Of a DNA stretch of 64,000 nt, positions 1 to 12,365 are shown one piece after another (positions within the stretch are counted from its first letter, which is position 1; every line of letters starts with the position of its first letter). The notes below the pieces were generated by a model. It had not been told where the DNA came from. It saw only the letters and a program-made list of their open reading frames with translations, and did no database searches. This DNA comes from Paraphysomonas bandaiensis (lineage: Eukaryota > Protista > Chrysophyceae): positions 62,001 to 126,000 of the forward strand of contig CBFFRP010000399.1 in NCBI GenBank assembly GCA_965644295.1, written 5' to 3'. The position numbers were made by a program, and so were the translations under genes.

Positions 1-3000
1 TTTCGGTTGTCAACAAAGAAGAATACCTTTTCCCGTAGTTTTGCACCGTATGTCTTACATAGATGTTTGTAGAACTCTTCATCAAATTGAACATCGTTGT
101 CTGAGTTGATACGGAGCACTCGATCGCTGCTGTCTACTTGATCAATGTGGTAAATGTAGTGAAATCGATTTGGACCAAAGTGTCGCAGAACTAAATCTCG
201 AACATCATGAATTGACGAGCGTTTAAAAATTCCACAAAGATCAACGATTACATTAAAGCCGGCATCTTCTTTCCCCGAGGAAGTATGTACCATCTCCTCA
301 CGCGAAAATACATGCTCTAGAACTTCCATCTCATCAATATGTCCCGCACTGCGAATAAAATCAGAGGGCACATACTCGACCATAACCCGACTGTTCAGCC
401 CTTGGAATCTGGAAAACCGATCTTCAAACTCTGTCGCTGAAAGATCATCACTGGAGTAAGCATAAAAACTACGGTCAATTAAACTCGGGATCTCATCGTC
501 ACGATGATCTCGAATGTACGAAAATGTGGGGTAGTTATCGATAAATGGTGTCCCAGTGAATCCGATACAATCAAAATTAAACACAATATCTATTGAGTTC
601 ACAGATCGAGACTTGTCGCGGATCTCCATTCGCCGCAATATAATTTCATACAAGAAACGAATGAGGCCATCCTTCGTTTCTGAAACACAAATAACTCAGG
701 TTAATTTCACTCATAAAGCATACAAGTAGATGTATTCAAATAATTTCAATACGTCCGTACCAATCGTATTAATACAAAAATAAAATACTGCGAGGCTTCA
801 TAAATATATTGTCACATCCCCAACACACAATATACACTACGTTAGATTAAACACAGTTAAAAGTGCTCTACCTGGGTGTTTTAATACAAGTTCTGAAAGT
901 CTATCAATCCCATACACCAAGTCATCGTAGTCAAGTGACCCCACATGGTTATTCCAGTACTCAAAGCTAATAAATTTACGCTCCTCTTGAAACAGGTCGT
1001 CATACTTGGAAATATCTTCAACGAGAATCACGTACGTAAGATATATCGTGCGTTCAACATCACTGTAGTACGACCCGGGCATAGCGCGGTTAACAGACTC
1101 ATAAGGACGAGCAATAAGAGATTTGTACCCCTCCACATCGTAGGCAATGTTCGTAGAACAGTGGCGTAAAGACTGTTCGTTAAAAATACCTAACACAGGA
1201 TCAAATACATCTTGAAAGTGCATTCACATCTACAAATCGCTATCATACAGCTGCTGTCATTTCTAATAAAACATATACTTTACAAGCGCCTACCAAAACT
1301 TTTATTAACTGATCGACTAGCATCCTGAATTTCTGCATGAATAGCGCCAAACTTCTCATGCAGTTGCTGCCAGTACTCAGGATTGGATGACCCTTGAACT
1401 GATTCCTGTGGAAAACTTTCTCCTCGATACGCCGCTCTGCTAATTTCAAAGTACAAGTCTAGAGTGGGGCGGTCAAAAGCATTACCCTTGTTGGAGCAAA
1501 TATTGAAAACCAGCTTATCTCGATCCAAAAAGTCATCAACTTCGTCGGCAATGACTAAAATATGTTGTCGATGTGGCCACACCTTGGAGCATATAGCATC
1601 ATACGTCAAAGCCTTTTTAAATTGATTGAAAGATGTGACAAATATCTGCTTCATCTGACGTTGCGGGTGACGATCTCGAGAGAAGCGACTAATTGGAGGG
1701 GTTCCCAAGTGCACTGTATCATGCAAAAGAGCAAATATGTCGTCATACACACGATACTCCTCTCTAAAATTCAGGTTAAGACAATACCTATACACTTGTG
1801 TGCGGGCATCTGGGACCAAATGCTCAGGTACAAGTATGATCAGAACATCTTTCAATTCTCCTCCACGGGCAAGCAAGTTGTGAGCTTCCAGATTGTTGGA
1901 TAAAAATATTTGACATAACAATGGTAAAATTACTTTAGTTTTTCCGGAACCCACTTCCGAAAAGTGGAAACACTCGTCGGCACTGAGGATTCGTTGCAGA
2001 AATGCTTTCTGCTTTGGCGTGGGCACTATTTGATATTGTCCATCATCTGTCATACGTTGGTATCGCGTGAAATTTTCACACAAAATATCAATAAATTCAG
2101 ACAGAGACAGGTTTTTGTGCTGATTCAAGTCAAAAAATTGCCTCTCGAATATGCTGTCGTAATGGGCGTTCGCAACTGAGTTGAGAACATATAAAATGGC
2201 TTCTTTCCATGGCCCGGTTATTTTTACTACTCTACTTTCCTTTTCAATATATTCTAGTGCCACAGAGCTTCGACGAAGGTAAAAGAGAACCAGAATAAAG
2301 AAGGACAAATTGCGTACATGGATTGCTAGGTCCAGCAAATTTATTAGTTGCTGTCTGTTTGATACTTGCAATAAATAATCAGGAAAGTAGATAACTGTTT
2401 TAGACTCAGAGCGTAGATCCGACAGTTTGAATGACTTGAAAACATGTTCATCGTTGAGGTCTACGAAAACCTCCTCCGAGTTGATGCAGTCAATGAGTTC
2501 GTGCTTCATACCATCTGTCACGATATATTAGTAAGCAGATATCAATTGAACATATAACGACATAGACACATCAATAGTTGATCACACAGTACAGTACTTA
2601 CAGTAGTCGGTGCAGAATTGCCCCCCTTGGTCAACCAAGTAGTGAATATTAGGAGAAGCAAATAAAATAACATCTTCGCTTTCCGCGTACTTGAAACAAG
2701 GCACAAAAGAAATAGCAGTGTTGAAGAAAATCGTAGCCACCTCGACAGCAATCTTATTGATGCGGATAGTAATTCGATCCTCATCAGATACTGTTATAGA
2801 GAGTGCATTGTCTGCAATAAAAACCAGATACTGCTGCTCAGAATCAATCGCCCTGAAAGCATTTTTAATCTCAATGTACTTGACCATCGATTGTATTTCC
2901 GATGCACTGTCAAAACGAACTTGATATAAATCGATCACTGGTTGAGGGTCGCGTAAATCGAATACGGGCAACTCATCGTACATTATCACATTGTCGCGAG

Positions 3001-5992
3001 CGGAAAATGTATATCGCTTGGTTATTTGTTCCAGGTATTCGCTAGTTGTCTTGCTGAAGTTTTGTGGAATCACAGTGCGATATTCCCCATTACAGCGTAC
3101 TTTATAGTAATCCACCTCCACAGACTTATTAATCTGACAAAGTGACATATTGATTTTGCACAGCAACAGATGCTGTTGGTAGACTGGGTCGGAATTCATA
3201 TCTTGAATTAATGAGTTTTGCTTTGAACGGACTGGGAAGTCTTTATTCACAAGAAATTTATAAGACGCTTCAAATATTAACTCTTCTATCTTTATTCGTG
3301 TGACTGCGTCTGCGTTGTGTTTTCTATCGAACTCATGAATCACATTAGCTACTTCAACTTGAAGCTGACGTTTATCACGAGGGTTGCTCAACCGTTGAAT
3401 CAAAGGTAGGTTCAATAATTCACCATACTTCTCATATAGGTTGAAATCTAATAAAAGTGATAAGAGACTGAGGTTTAAAACCATATTGTCAGTTTTCAGT
3501 CTTGTGCCTCCTACACGACTCATCATCCCCACCAATATATCTCTCAAGTAGTTGTATTCGTAGACACGATCAGTGATCACCAATTCAACCGTTCTACCTC
3601 TCTTCTCCTGGCTCACACTTGGAACAACGTGACCAAGGCTAGTGGCCACAGCCAAATCCAGGTCATTTCGGTATGATGGTATCTCAACCGGTCCATAGTG
3701 ATAATACGTATGGCCTTTCTCAAAGAAAATTTTCTGACAAGATATGGCCAACAGAGTACGAATATCCTTACCGAAAACCTGCACATATTAATTGTGAGTT
3801 TCAAATTTAGTCATAAAATTAAATGGCTGACACAATTTGCTACAGCACCAGAACAATACCAATATCCCCAAAGAGCAATTTCATATTTTATTTAACAACC
3901 TGTATATTGTTCAAATCAGGATTCTGCCAATAGCACTCCATCACATTCAGGAAGTGCATCAGCGTGTTGTACTTAGTATACGTATATCCATGCCCAATCT
4001 TAATATTGATATTATACTTCTGCTTCATATTTTGCCCCTCTTCAAACCTGATGATATGGTCACATCGTACAGTAGCACTACATTTCATTATCTCACAACA
4101 TAACACACATTACGTATTGAATATTACTAGCACAAAATTATACAAATTCCACATAACAACCTTTGTAAGTATTTGCGTAGATTAGATCGCGCCATCTGAT
4201 TAATACACTCCTTCTCAAAGTCGTATTCCATACGATAGGCTTGCACCGACATCAATTCCTTGGCGTAAAACCCTGTCTGAGTTAAAGAATTGACTTCCTT
4301 CTCTTTGACATTGATCTCGGCAAACCCTAGACCAACGAATTCTTTCAAAAATGAAATACTGAGAAAGGTTTGAAGGAAAAATTCGAAGTACTTTCGGCTT
4401 GATTTAAACTCTTCAATGCTGAGGAATTTGTCATAACTAGATCGTTTTTGAGTGGAGAAAAGAATATGCTGTGCCAAATACTGATTGACCAATTCCACCA
4501 ACACTTCGCCCGGTTCTTTCTCGTTGCTTGGTAGCAGCGAGCACACGTCGAGCAGATAAGTGTAAAAGTGTATATCAACAAGCTCTTGTTGACCGATCTC
4601 AAACTGAGGCATAAAGTAGTAGTCCCTGTACTTCGTCGACTTAGTCTTCGTTCTACAAGCGCTGATGATTGGCCCAATATGCTCGTAAAAGGCTAACAAC
4701 TGATTCTTTCGCAACGCATTAAACTCACTGAAACTCGACAAGCCACTCATAATACCAGCATTAAAACCAAACATTAAATTACACGCCCTGTACTTGTAGT
4801 AATTTGAACGAGCAAGTTTGTAGACCCCATCATCCGTGCCATAGACATACTGTAGAGATTTTGTATTGAGCGCCGATGACATAGCTCCCGTGAGCGTGAA
4901 TTTCGTGTACGTATGCAGCGTCTTAGTATCTGTAAAATACTTTATTAGCTCGTGGTATTGCTTCTCATAATCAGGAACGTGGACATCGATATGTTTTAAA
5001 TATTGTGCCATGAGGCTATAATACGGTGCTTCTTCGTATCGGTAAAAATCTAAAATCACATTGCTGTTAGTTAGTGGGCGCATGATCACTCCAGTTGCAT
5101 CATTCTGAACAAAAAACTCGAGTAGGTATCGACTAATGGATGTAGTTGCTTCTTTCAGCAAATCAATATTCTCAACATCTACACAAGACTTACTGCGTTC
5201 AATTGACAACCCCCCAGCCTTACATAACACTCCAAATAAATAGGTTTGGAAATAACATGTACTTCCGGTCAGTTGCATGGACATGCGCTGGGGATCACGA
5301 CTGTTATTAACAAGCACATATCGACTGAGGTTCAATGATAAAGTTGAAAATCGAACCCCATATAGCATACCAATGTCCAATTGGTTAATTTTTTGCCACA
5401 GTTTGTAGAGCATGCGACGAGTGGAATTCGAGTCTGCACCAGTGTAGTGGTCTTTATTCTCCACCATATGCTGACTGTCGCCATAATTACATTTAAGCAA
5501 AAGAAAACCAACGAGTTGCAAGTAACTGTCCCCACTGACCAAGGACAAATTAGGTTTGAGAGGGTCATAGTAAATCAATGCCTTGTCAGAAACGACTTGA
5601 AAAGCAGTGAAGTGCGACTCGATGCAACAAGTTACAAGCATTCGATTTTTAGTGACGTAATCTATCAGCTCCTCATATAGCATGTTCTTTCGATCGTACA
5701 ATACGTTTTCGAGCATATTTATTTTCAGCACTGGGGAAAAAAATTGGGCAACTGAGTTGTAATTCGAATGTCCTTTATCAAAATAATTCGATTGAGCAAA
5801 CAGCAGTAATGGGGAGAATGTATAAGGGTAACAATCAAACGTACACCCCTGTTCACCGTTTGTTTCTTCTTCTGATACACACACAGGAGATTCATCAGTG
5901 GTATTACTTTCTTCGTTATCTTCCATTGATAGTACCCTTTTCCTCTTCTTGTTTTTTGAAACAAATTTATGGAAATGTGGAAAGAATCGCAT
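1..5992 (-). CDS. Large multi-exon protein, 3'-truncated by the window: N-terminal CE-clan (Ulp1/C48-like) cysteine-protease motifs plus a C-terminal DUF3638-type SF2/P-loop ATPase-like region
   Basis: ORFs join in frame through GT-AG introns. Exons are 5992-4161, 4047-3900, 3778-2602, 2514-1294, 1189-872 and 679-<1. Walker A is SEVGSGKTKVILPLL, Walker B is VIADEVD and the motif III-like element is IGFTGTP, followed by NVIVDLCG and VFFFVDNR. The N-terminal region has ESHF...YYDPL...QLTGSTC. The start codon could be 5992 or a downstream Met. Confidence 0.8.
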
Positions 5993-6526
5993 TCATGTGA
6001 TAAGAAAATAATGAAAGTGACAGCACCTGGAATATACAGGACACGAAATGCATGAATAGTTGTGGAACTCAGGAAGAATATCCAGAAAATGGCCATCTCT
6101 TTAGCCTCATTTCCATCCACACATCCAGAAAAACTACAAACATAAGTGTAGTTCTCATAATACAATGCTAAACAGAATATGGAATACGCCGTTTGATGGT
6201 TGGATGAAGAGTATCCAATGGTTGTCCTGATGGTCCTTTTCATTCGTGTACCACACTTCTTCTCTGTTAGCAAATAAATAGCCTATAAAATATGTACTAA
6301 CTATATTATTGGTTGAATACACGATGGGAACGATTTGTCTTCTTGAAGTCCACTCAACTCAAGCAAGAAGGAATGGATGCAAGTGATGCTACTTGAGAAG
6401 TGGAACATGATGAATACAATTTCAGCTCTGCTTGATGTATCGATATATCCTTCAGTCTACAATAGAGTAGTTGTGGGTAGACATTGTATGTGCCATAGCT
6501 AGTATTTCTTATCAACTCTTAAAGTG

Positions 6527-6901
6527 ATGCTGAACAGTAGTGTGTTTGTCATGAATCAGCAGACCAGTCAAGGGAAGCGTCCCGTCACCACTATATTTAG
6601 GAACAAATCTATTAGTAGATCAAGGTTACACCTAAAAAAGCGAGGAAGGCACTCAAAACAACAGAATTGTTTTGCTCCGGAAGAGTCTTTCTGGACTGCT
6701 GCTGCGAGATATGTACAAGCAAGTTTTCACTTCCGTAGGTTAAAGAACAAACGAAAGAAGCGTAAGCCCCACCGCATACACCCATGCTTTTGTTCAATTA
6801 GACGCGATACCGTGGTACATCGGAAGGGGCCTGTGACCATAGACGACGAAAGTGACTTCAATTTAGTCACTGAAGCCTCCAATTCCTCTATCACAATGTA
6901 G
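6527..6901 (+). CDS. Small basic protein, paralogue 1 of an unnamed three-member family
   Basis: Single ATG..TAG ORF. It shares the block ESFWTAAARYVQASFHFRRL..K-rich..RIHP with the ORFs at 9025-9381 and 11545-11889. Confidence 0.65.
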   Translation: MLNSSVFVMNQQTSQGKRPVTTIFRNKSISRSRLHLKKRGRHSKQQNCFAPEESFWTAAARYVQASFHFRRLKNKRKKRKPHRIHPCFCSIRRDTVVHRKGPVTIDDESDFNLVTEASNSSITM

Positions 6902-7758
6902 CACATTTTTCCACTTTTTTTTTTCTTTCATAGCCATTCTACTTATGAAACTTTGAGCAAGAGTTAAAGTTTTTTACAATTATCTTTCCTATATCAATGT
7001 ATAGGATTAGACAATGATCAATACAGTTTTTCGAGAAGGGTTTTTACTACAAATTAGATATCGATATACTCGATTCTGATTGCATAAATATAGATGATAG
7101 AAATTGTGTGCTAGTTTGAATTAATTTTCGAATCATAGAGCTTTCAAATTTATGCTTACATAAATGATTTCATTTTATAAGTTTGTGGATGCAGCTCGAT
7201 GTACTAGCAATTTCCTGTTATTGGGTAGCATGACTATAAGGCAGGGCTAGAGCAATACATTGCAATACTATTGTTAGAAAGCGTCTCACCAATAATATTG
7301 ATGAAGTTTTTAACAATACTGTTGCAATATAGAGACAATGTACTGACAATACGGTTGTGTCGTTATTCTGTATGTAAACACTTGGGTAGATGTCATATTT
7401 AGAACTAGCCAATATTAAGATAACAAAACCCACTACGCTGCCAGACAAAAACGACTTAATTCTTAGATAATCACAACTTTCCTCCTACGCATTCTCTGAG
7501 CCATCATTGGTGATGTTATTATCACCAAAATTATTCAAATTTAATTTAATATGCAGTAGGAATCAGAGCAGTCATTACATCTGGTAAGCCTTAGATTCTT
7601 GATACAGAAGCTGTAAATAGCTCTGATTTTGTAAGCATTCATTGTTCAGGTGTCTCTTCTTATTGGTATGATATGTGTGCTATATAGTTGTATATTACAT
7701 CAAGAGAAGTCTAGAAGTGATGCACATGTATAGAGCGAGCGATATATATAACAAACAG

Positions 7759-7870
7759 AAAATTGCATCAATATAGGCTATTTCCTTTTTCCCCAGATAT
7801 ATATGTACATAGACCTATACTTTGTGCTCTACAGTATATATATAGAGGCTTTATATATTGATGGAATTTT
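7759..7870. repeat. 112-bp AT-rich element with 17-bp terminal inverted repeats (MITE-like)
   Basis: AAAATTGCATCAATATA (7759-7775) matches the reverse complement of 7854-7870 (AAAATTCCATCAATATA) with 1 mismatch. Confidence 0.35.
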
Positions 7871-8189
7871 TGAGCGGTCCACCAATCAACTTATTTTTCC
7901 CTAGCCCTGATTTAAGGTCTGACTTCTTCTTACCTAAACACTTATCTAATTCAGCACTTACTTAATGTTTGATCAAATAAGAACTGCTATGACTATTACT
8001 CAGTATTGTAATTGTTGAAATATATGCCACTGATTCAATAAAAAACTTCGCGTTTTTCAACTGCCGTAGCTTTCGGAAACATTAGTGCGTAGTTATACAT
8101 TACCGCATGTATTCCAACAGAACACTACGTTTTAAAAACCCTTGTAGTGAAAGTCTTATTATTAGCAATAGGCGTTTAAGAGTCAATGC

Positions 8190-8520
8190 AAAACCTGCTT
8201 GTGCGTCACTAAGGCGCAACCACTTTTACTCTACAACTCAGAGAAACGAATTGAACAACAGAATGTTGATATACCTGATATCTTCTTATTTAAGGATTTT
8301 TGAGTTCTTAAGGTGAACAGCTGAATGCATTTGAGCTGGGCCAATTCCCGGACACCTGTTTATAAGTCCACACAAGTGACACTTATATTAGCGTCCCTTC
8401 TGTCACGCAAGAATTTGGCTATGGGCGGAAGAAAGTAATCTGCTGACTATGTTTACTGCTCACATTCGTTTGCAGGAGAAATATCTCCGGCACTTATCCC
8501 CCAGAACACCACGAAAAGAC
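8190..8520 (-). pseudogene. Decayed coding or mobile-element relic, copy 1 (homologous to ~54688-55079)
   Basis: Colinear shared blocks CAGAATGTTGATAT, AGGTGAACA, ACACAAGTGACACTTAT, ACTTATCCC and CAGAACACCACGAAAAGA. The minus-strand translation VHLKNSKILK*EDIRYINILL contains stops. Confidence 0.6.
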
Positions 8521-9024
8521 ATATAACCCTACAGTAACATCTACGTACATCACTACTACTTAAACTAAATACTACATAACTAAGTATTGTATCTAGTATC
8601 TAGTCTAACATTGAGGAGAACTCGTTGGAGAATCATTCCTGTCACGTAGACAGGGTGGTATTGCCCTGCTAATAGTTGACATGTGCAAAATGGTGAAGAG
8701 TTGTATCAAATAAGCAACGGATAGCTACTTTCGTTCTCTTACAGCTTTAGTGAGTTATGAGATATATATCCCCCCGAGCGTCAATATCATCTGGGATGCC
8801 ATCTCAATATAAGTTTCAGATAATATCGCATGTCCATTGGTTCATGATAATAATATTATTTATTTATCACAACATAATTTATACAGGTCTATTCTTTCGA
8901 TGAGAACTCTTTTAAAACAATAAATCTATTATGTAGTATTTTCGGTTCAAGCATATTCACATGTTCTACTACATATCCCTCGACCGTTGTATAGTTTCTT
9001 ATATCGTACAGTGTGAAAAATACA

Positions 9025-9381
9025 CTATGAATAGGAAGCAACGTCTGTGTCAGAAAAGTTCATAACGTCATGACCATTGGGACTGATCGTCTCAGTTCGT
9101 GATTTCAATACACCCTCCGTATTGTCTGGGTGTATTTTTCGCGATTCTGCTTTCTTTACTCGCTTAGTTTTCTTCTGTACACTCTTTAAACGGTGTAGAT
9201 GAAAGCTTCCATTGAATAATCTCGAAATCGAACTCCATACGGAGACATTTTGTTCAAAAGTGTTCGGTAACTTCGGTCTCTTTTTACTTGGAACCTTGGG
9301 CCTGTAAGTGTGTGCGTTCGGGCGATGCGGACGCCTTTGATCAACATCATGGCGCTTTAGAAGAGCTACGGTACTGAACAT
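9025..9381 (-). CDS. Small basic protein, paralogue 2
   Basis: 118-aa ATG..TAG ORF containing FEQNVSVWSSISRLFNGSFHLHRL..KIHP. Confidence 0.65.
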   Translation of the reverse strand: MFSTVALLKRHDVDQRRPHRPNAHTYRPKVPSKKRPKLPNTFEQNVSVWSSISRLFNGSFHLHRLKSVQKKTKRVKKAESRKIHPDNTEGVLKSRTETISPNGHDVMNFSDTDVASYS

Positions 9382-9789
9382 ATAACTGTACTCTTAAGTG
9401 AAGGGCTCTTCACGCCTTGAAGTGGTAAATGACCACTTGCTACAAGTGAAAAGACAAGCCATTGAAACATCTGAACGAAAATTTGCCACATGACTTTGGC
9501 GGGTGACGATAACGGCCTAATCACTAATCAAACGTTCAAAACTATATTTGATTGGCTTATATATATAGTGACCATATTCTCATTGTATTTCACTGTATTA
9601 TACTTTCGTATGGATGGTACAAAATACTTGTATTCCGCGGTATACAGCAGTGCACTATACGTGAACCCTGGCAACATTAAACAACAATACACACAACTGT
9701 GAGCACAATCTATTAGTCGGAGCAATTACTTGTGCTTGTCGTTGATATTCCAAATCTTTAAATATTTAAAGGGTCCTGCAGTATTCATA

Positions 9790-10301
9790 ATGGTAATTCT
9801 ACTTTGCCCTCAACCGTTACACTATCACACGACACATATAATTATTTTGTTTTAGGCGGCTGATCGTTTTTCAATCAATAAAAGCTGGGACCATATTCAG
9901 GCGAAGTTTGTTGGTACTGGCCATTCTGATATGACTAAGTTTGAATGGGCTTCTAATCAGCATCGTGATACTATTGCATCTCACATTGGGCATCATGATA
10001 TGCTCTCATTCTTTGCAGTTGCTCAGAATGATTCAATTGGTCGTGTGAGATATCAGTTGTTAGAGGTACGTGAGCTAAAACAATATATTTATATGCATTG
10101 TTAGTGTGTAGTAGCTTTCCGGAAATGCTGTGAAATTTGATGATGTGCTTTGTACTGTACAATATCATATATATTTTCATGCATATATGTGATGGCTGTG
10201 AATTTTTTGCCTAGTTCCATTACTCACAACGTGTTTTATAGAAAATGCTGCAGCCATGTGGACCTCCACCAGCTCGTGATGACGATGACAATGATGCGTA
10301 A
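9790..10301 (+). CDS. SF3B5: Splicing factor 3B subunit 5 (SF3b10), 90 aa; missed by the ORF track
   Basis: Exons are 9790-9792 (ATG only), 9856-10065 and 10242-10301. The spliced protein reads MAADRFSINKSWDHIQAKFVGTGHSDMTKFEWASNQHRDTIASHIGH...EKMLQPCGPPP. Confidence 0.95.
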
Positions 10302-11544
10302 ATATCGCGTAGAATTCTAGCCGTGTGTTGTATATTTCTGCAGCTGGTTACTGGCGGCTGCATCAAGAGTTACTTTTTTATTAGCACCAAATAATTATTC
10401 TTAATGCTGCGTTGTTGATTGGAAAATAGTTTTCTATACTTCTTGTTCTCGACTTTACTGTGAGGAAGTGAGGGAGCCGTGGCTTCTGTAGCTACCTACA
10501 AAGCATTAGCGATTTTATTTGTCAGGCCGATAACAAGTTTTTTATTTGCTGATAACTTGTAGGTTTGCAGGTACAGCAGTAAGTAGTAAATATCTGTTTA
10601 TTTAGCAATCATAGAACTTGTCGGTACATGTGCACGTGAGTGTAAATAATACCAACATAACTATATACATAAGAGAGATAAAGAGCAATAAATTGATTTT
10701 CAATTTGTTAGAGGTTAGAGCCAATGTGCCCACATTGTTATGACGATTTTACAATATACAACATACGACATATAGCTATATACTATATATTATATATTGT
10801 TCATTTCACCTGATCTATACAAGTAGGAATTTAGACTTCAACAATTATTTGAAGTATAATATAAACAAGACTGAATGCTGATATAGTCAGTGCTCTCTTG
10901 TAGAGGCCCGCTTTTACATAGACCATTGCATAATAAATTGTATCACCTGAATAGTGAATAGATGGATAGTCTATGCATTACCTAAACAAACGAGTGTCAC
11001 TGATGCCTGATGCCTGATGCCCGCAAGCAACTTTCATATCTTAGATCATAGTAACCTTTCATTCTAGAGTATATATTCAATATCTTGTGCAGTCCACACA
11101 TTGTATAAAGTATGATCCACAGCTTGAGATATTGCATCTTAAATACTATACTAAATACCTATGTGTGATACTTCAGTATAGCGTACAATACAATTGCTAT
11201 TAAGTAGTTAGAACTAGTTTAATGGGTTTTCACGAAAAGTAGGCAAATCAGTTGTTATACTTCCAAGTCTAAATATTTATAGTTTACAGTTCACGCATTA
11301 TATGTCGTCCAAAATTAATTCTATCAGTCGAACTTCAAAAATGATCACAAAAATTTAACACAAGAATCAATACAATAGTGTTGTATTGTATATCAATCGT
11401 GTATAGTAACTTGATAATTGTCCATCGCATCAGAAAATAATACTAATAAAGCATTGCTGCAGAAAATTATAATAATAAAGCATTGCAGCAAAAAATAATA
11501 ATATCAAATATAAATATCGTGAAGATTTATGGAACAGGAAAATT

Positions 11545-11889
11545 CTAAGAAAATGAATCATTCAAGCGCTGTGTGCTGTTGGTAAAGTAAAATGTGTCTC
11601 CGATATACAAACGTTCTTTTGTCCCAGCGATGTCATTTGTCACAACAGTGCAATAATCCGGATGGACTCGATACCTATTTGTTTTTTTCTTGTTTTGCAT
11701 ACGCTTATAATGGAACTTTCCACGGAAGAATTGCACGGTTAATTTCCAAAGCGATGCATCCTGCTCAATACTTGGATCAATTCGAAGCTGCTTCCTTGGC
11801 TTATACTTTATACTTGGATTTTTCACACCACCCAGGCTCCGATTTAACTCTTTACGACTGAGGACGACTGTAGCAGTTGCACTTAACAT
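11545..11889 (-). CDS. Small basic protein, paralogue 3
   Basis: 114-aa ATG..TAG ORF containing IEQDASLWKLTVQFFRGKFHYKRM..RVHP. Confidence 0.65.
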   Translation of the reverse strand: MLSATATVVLSRKELNRSLGGVKNPSIKYKPRKQLRIDPSIEQDASLWKLTVQFFRGKFHYKRMQNKKKTNRYRVHPDYCTVVTNDIAGTKERLYIGDTFYFTNSTQRLNDSFS

Positions 11890-12365
11890 TGTGGTTAGAT
11901 TACAACTACTACAGTATAACTTCTATGGTGAGATGCAATTATTTTGTTAACATCCCATTGTTTTGGGACTTGTTGTCTGGTGTTTGTCATGCAGCTTGAA
12001 GAGACGAGGACTTGTGTGTGCGCACGACAATTCCCAGAAAAGGGCAATATGTGGTCAATAAATATTGCTACAAAAACCATTAAAAACTACCCGTTAACGG
12101 ATATTTTCCGGATGGAGTTCAACACAAAAAAGATTCTTCCATCATTAAAAATGATAAGCAAGTGTCCTCATGTCACCTCGGAGTTATCACAACATGCCTA
12201 TTTGGTAATTATATGTCTAGATCTTAATAGACAGTGCATGGGGAGGAAAATCGAAAAATACGACAGAGTTTTATAGATTATGATCATAGTAGGCGTTGTT
12301 AAATATTCGTCCTGAGAGCTGCAATAATTCATTAACGTTTCTATTTTAGTAATTCGGTTGATAAG

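Noticed and set aside
5725-6273. 182-aa minus-strand ORF upstream of and overlapping the protease-ATPase gene
   Set aside because: TTG start, out of frame with the real gene, no recognisable motif, and no convincing splice link found.
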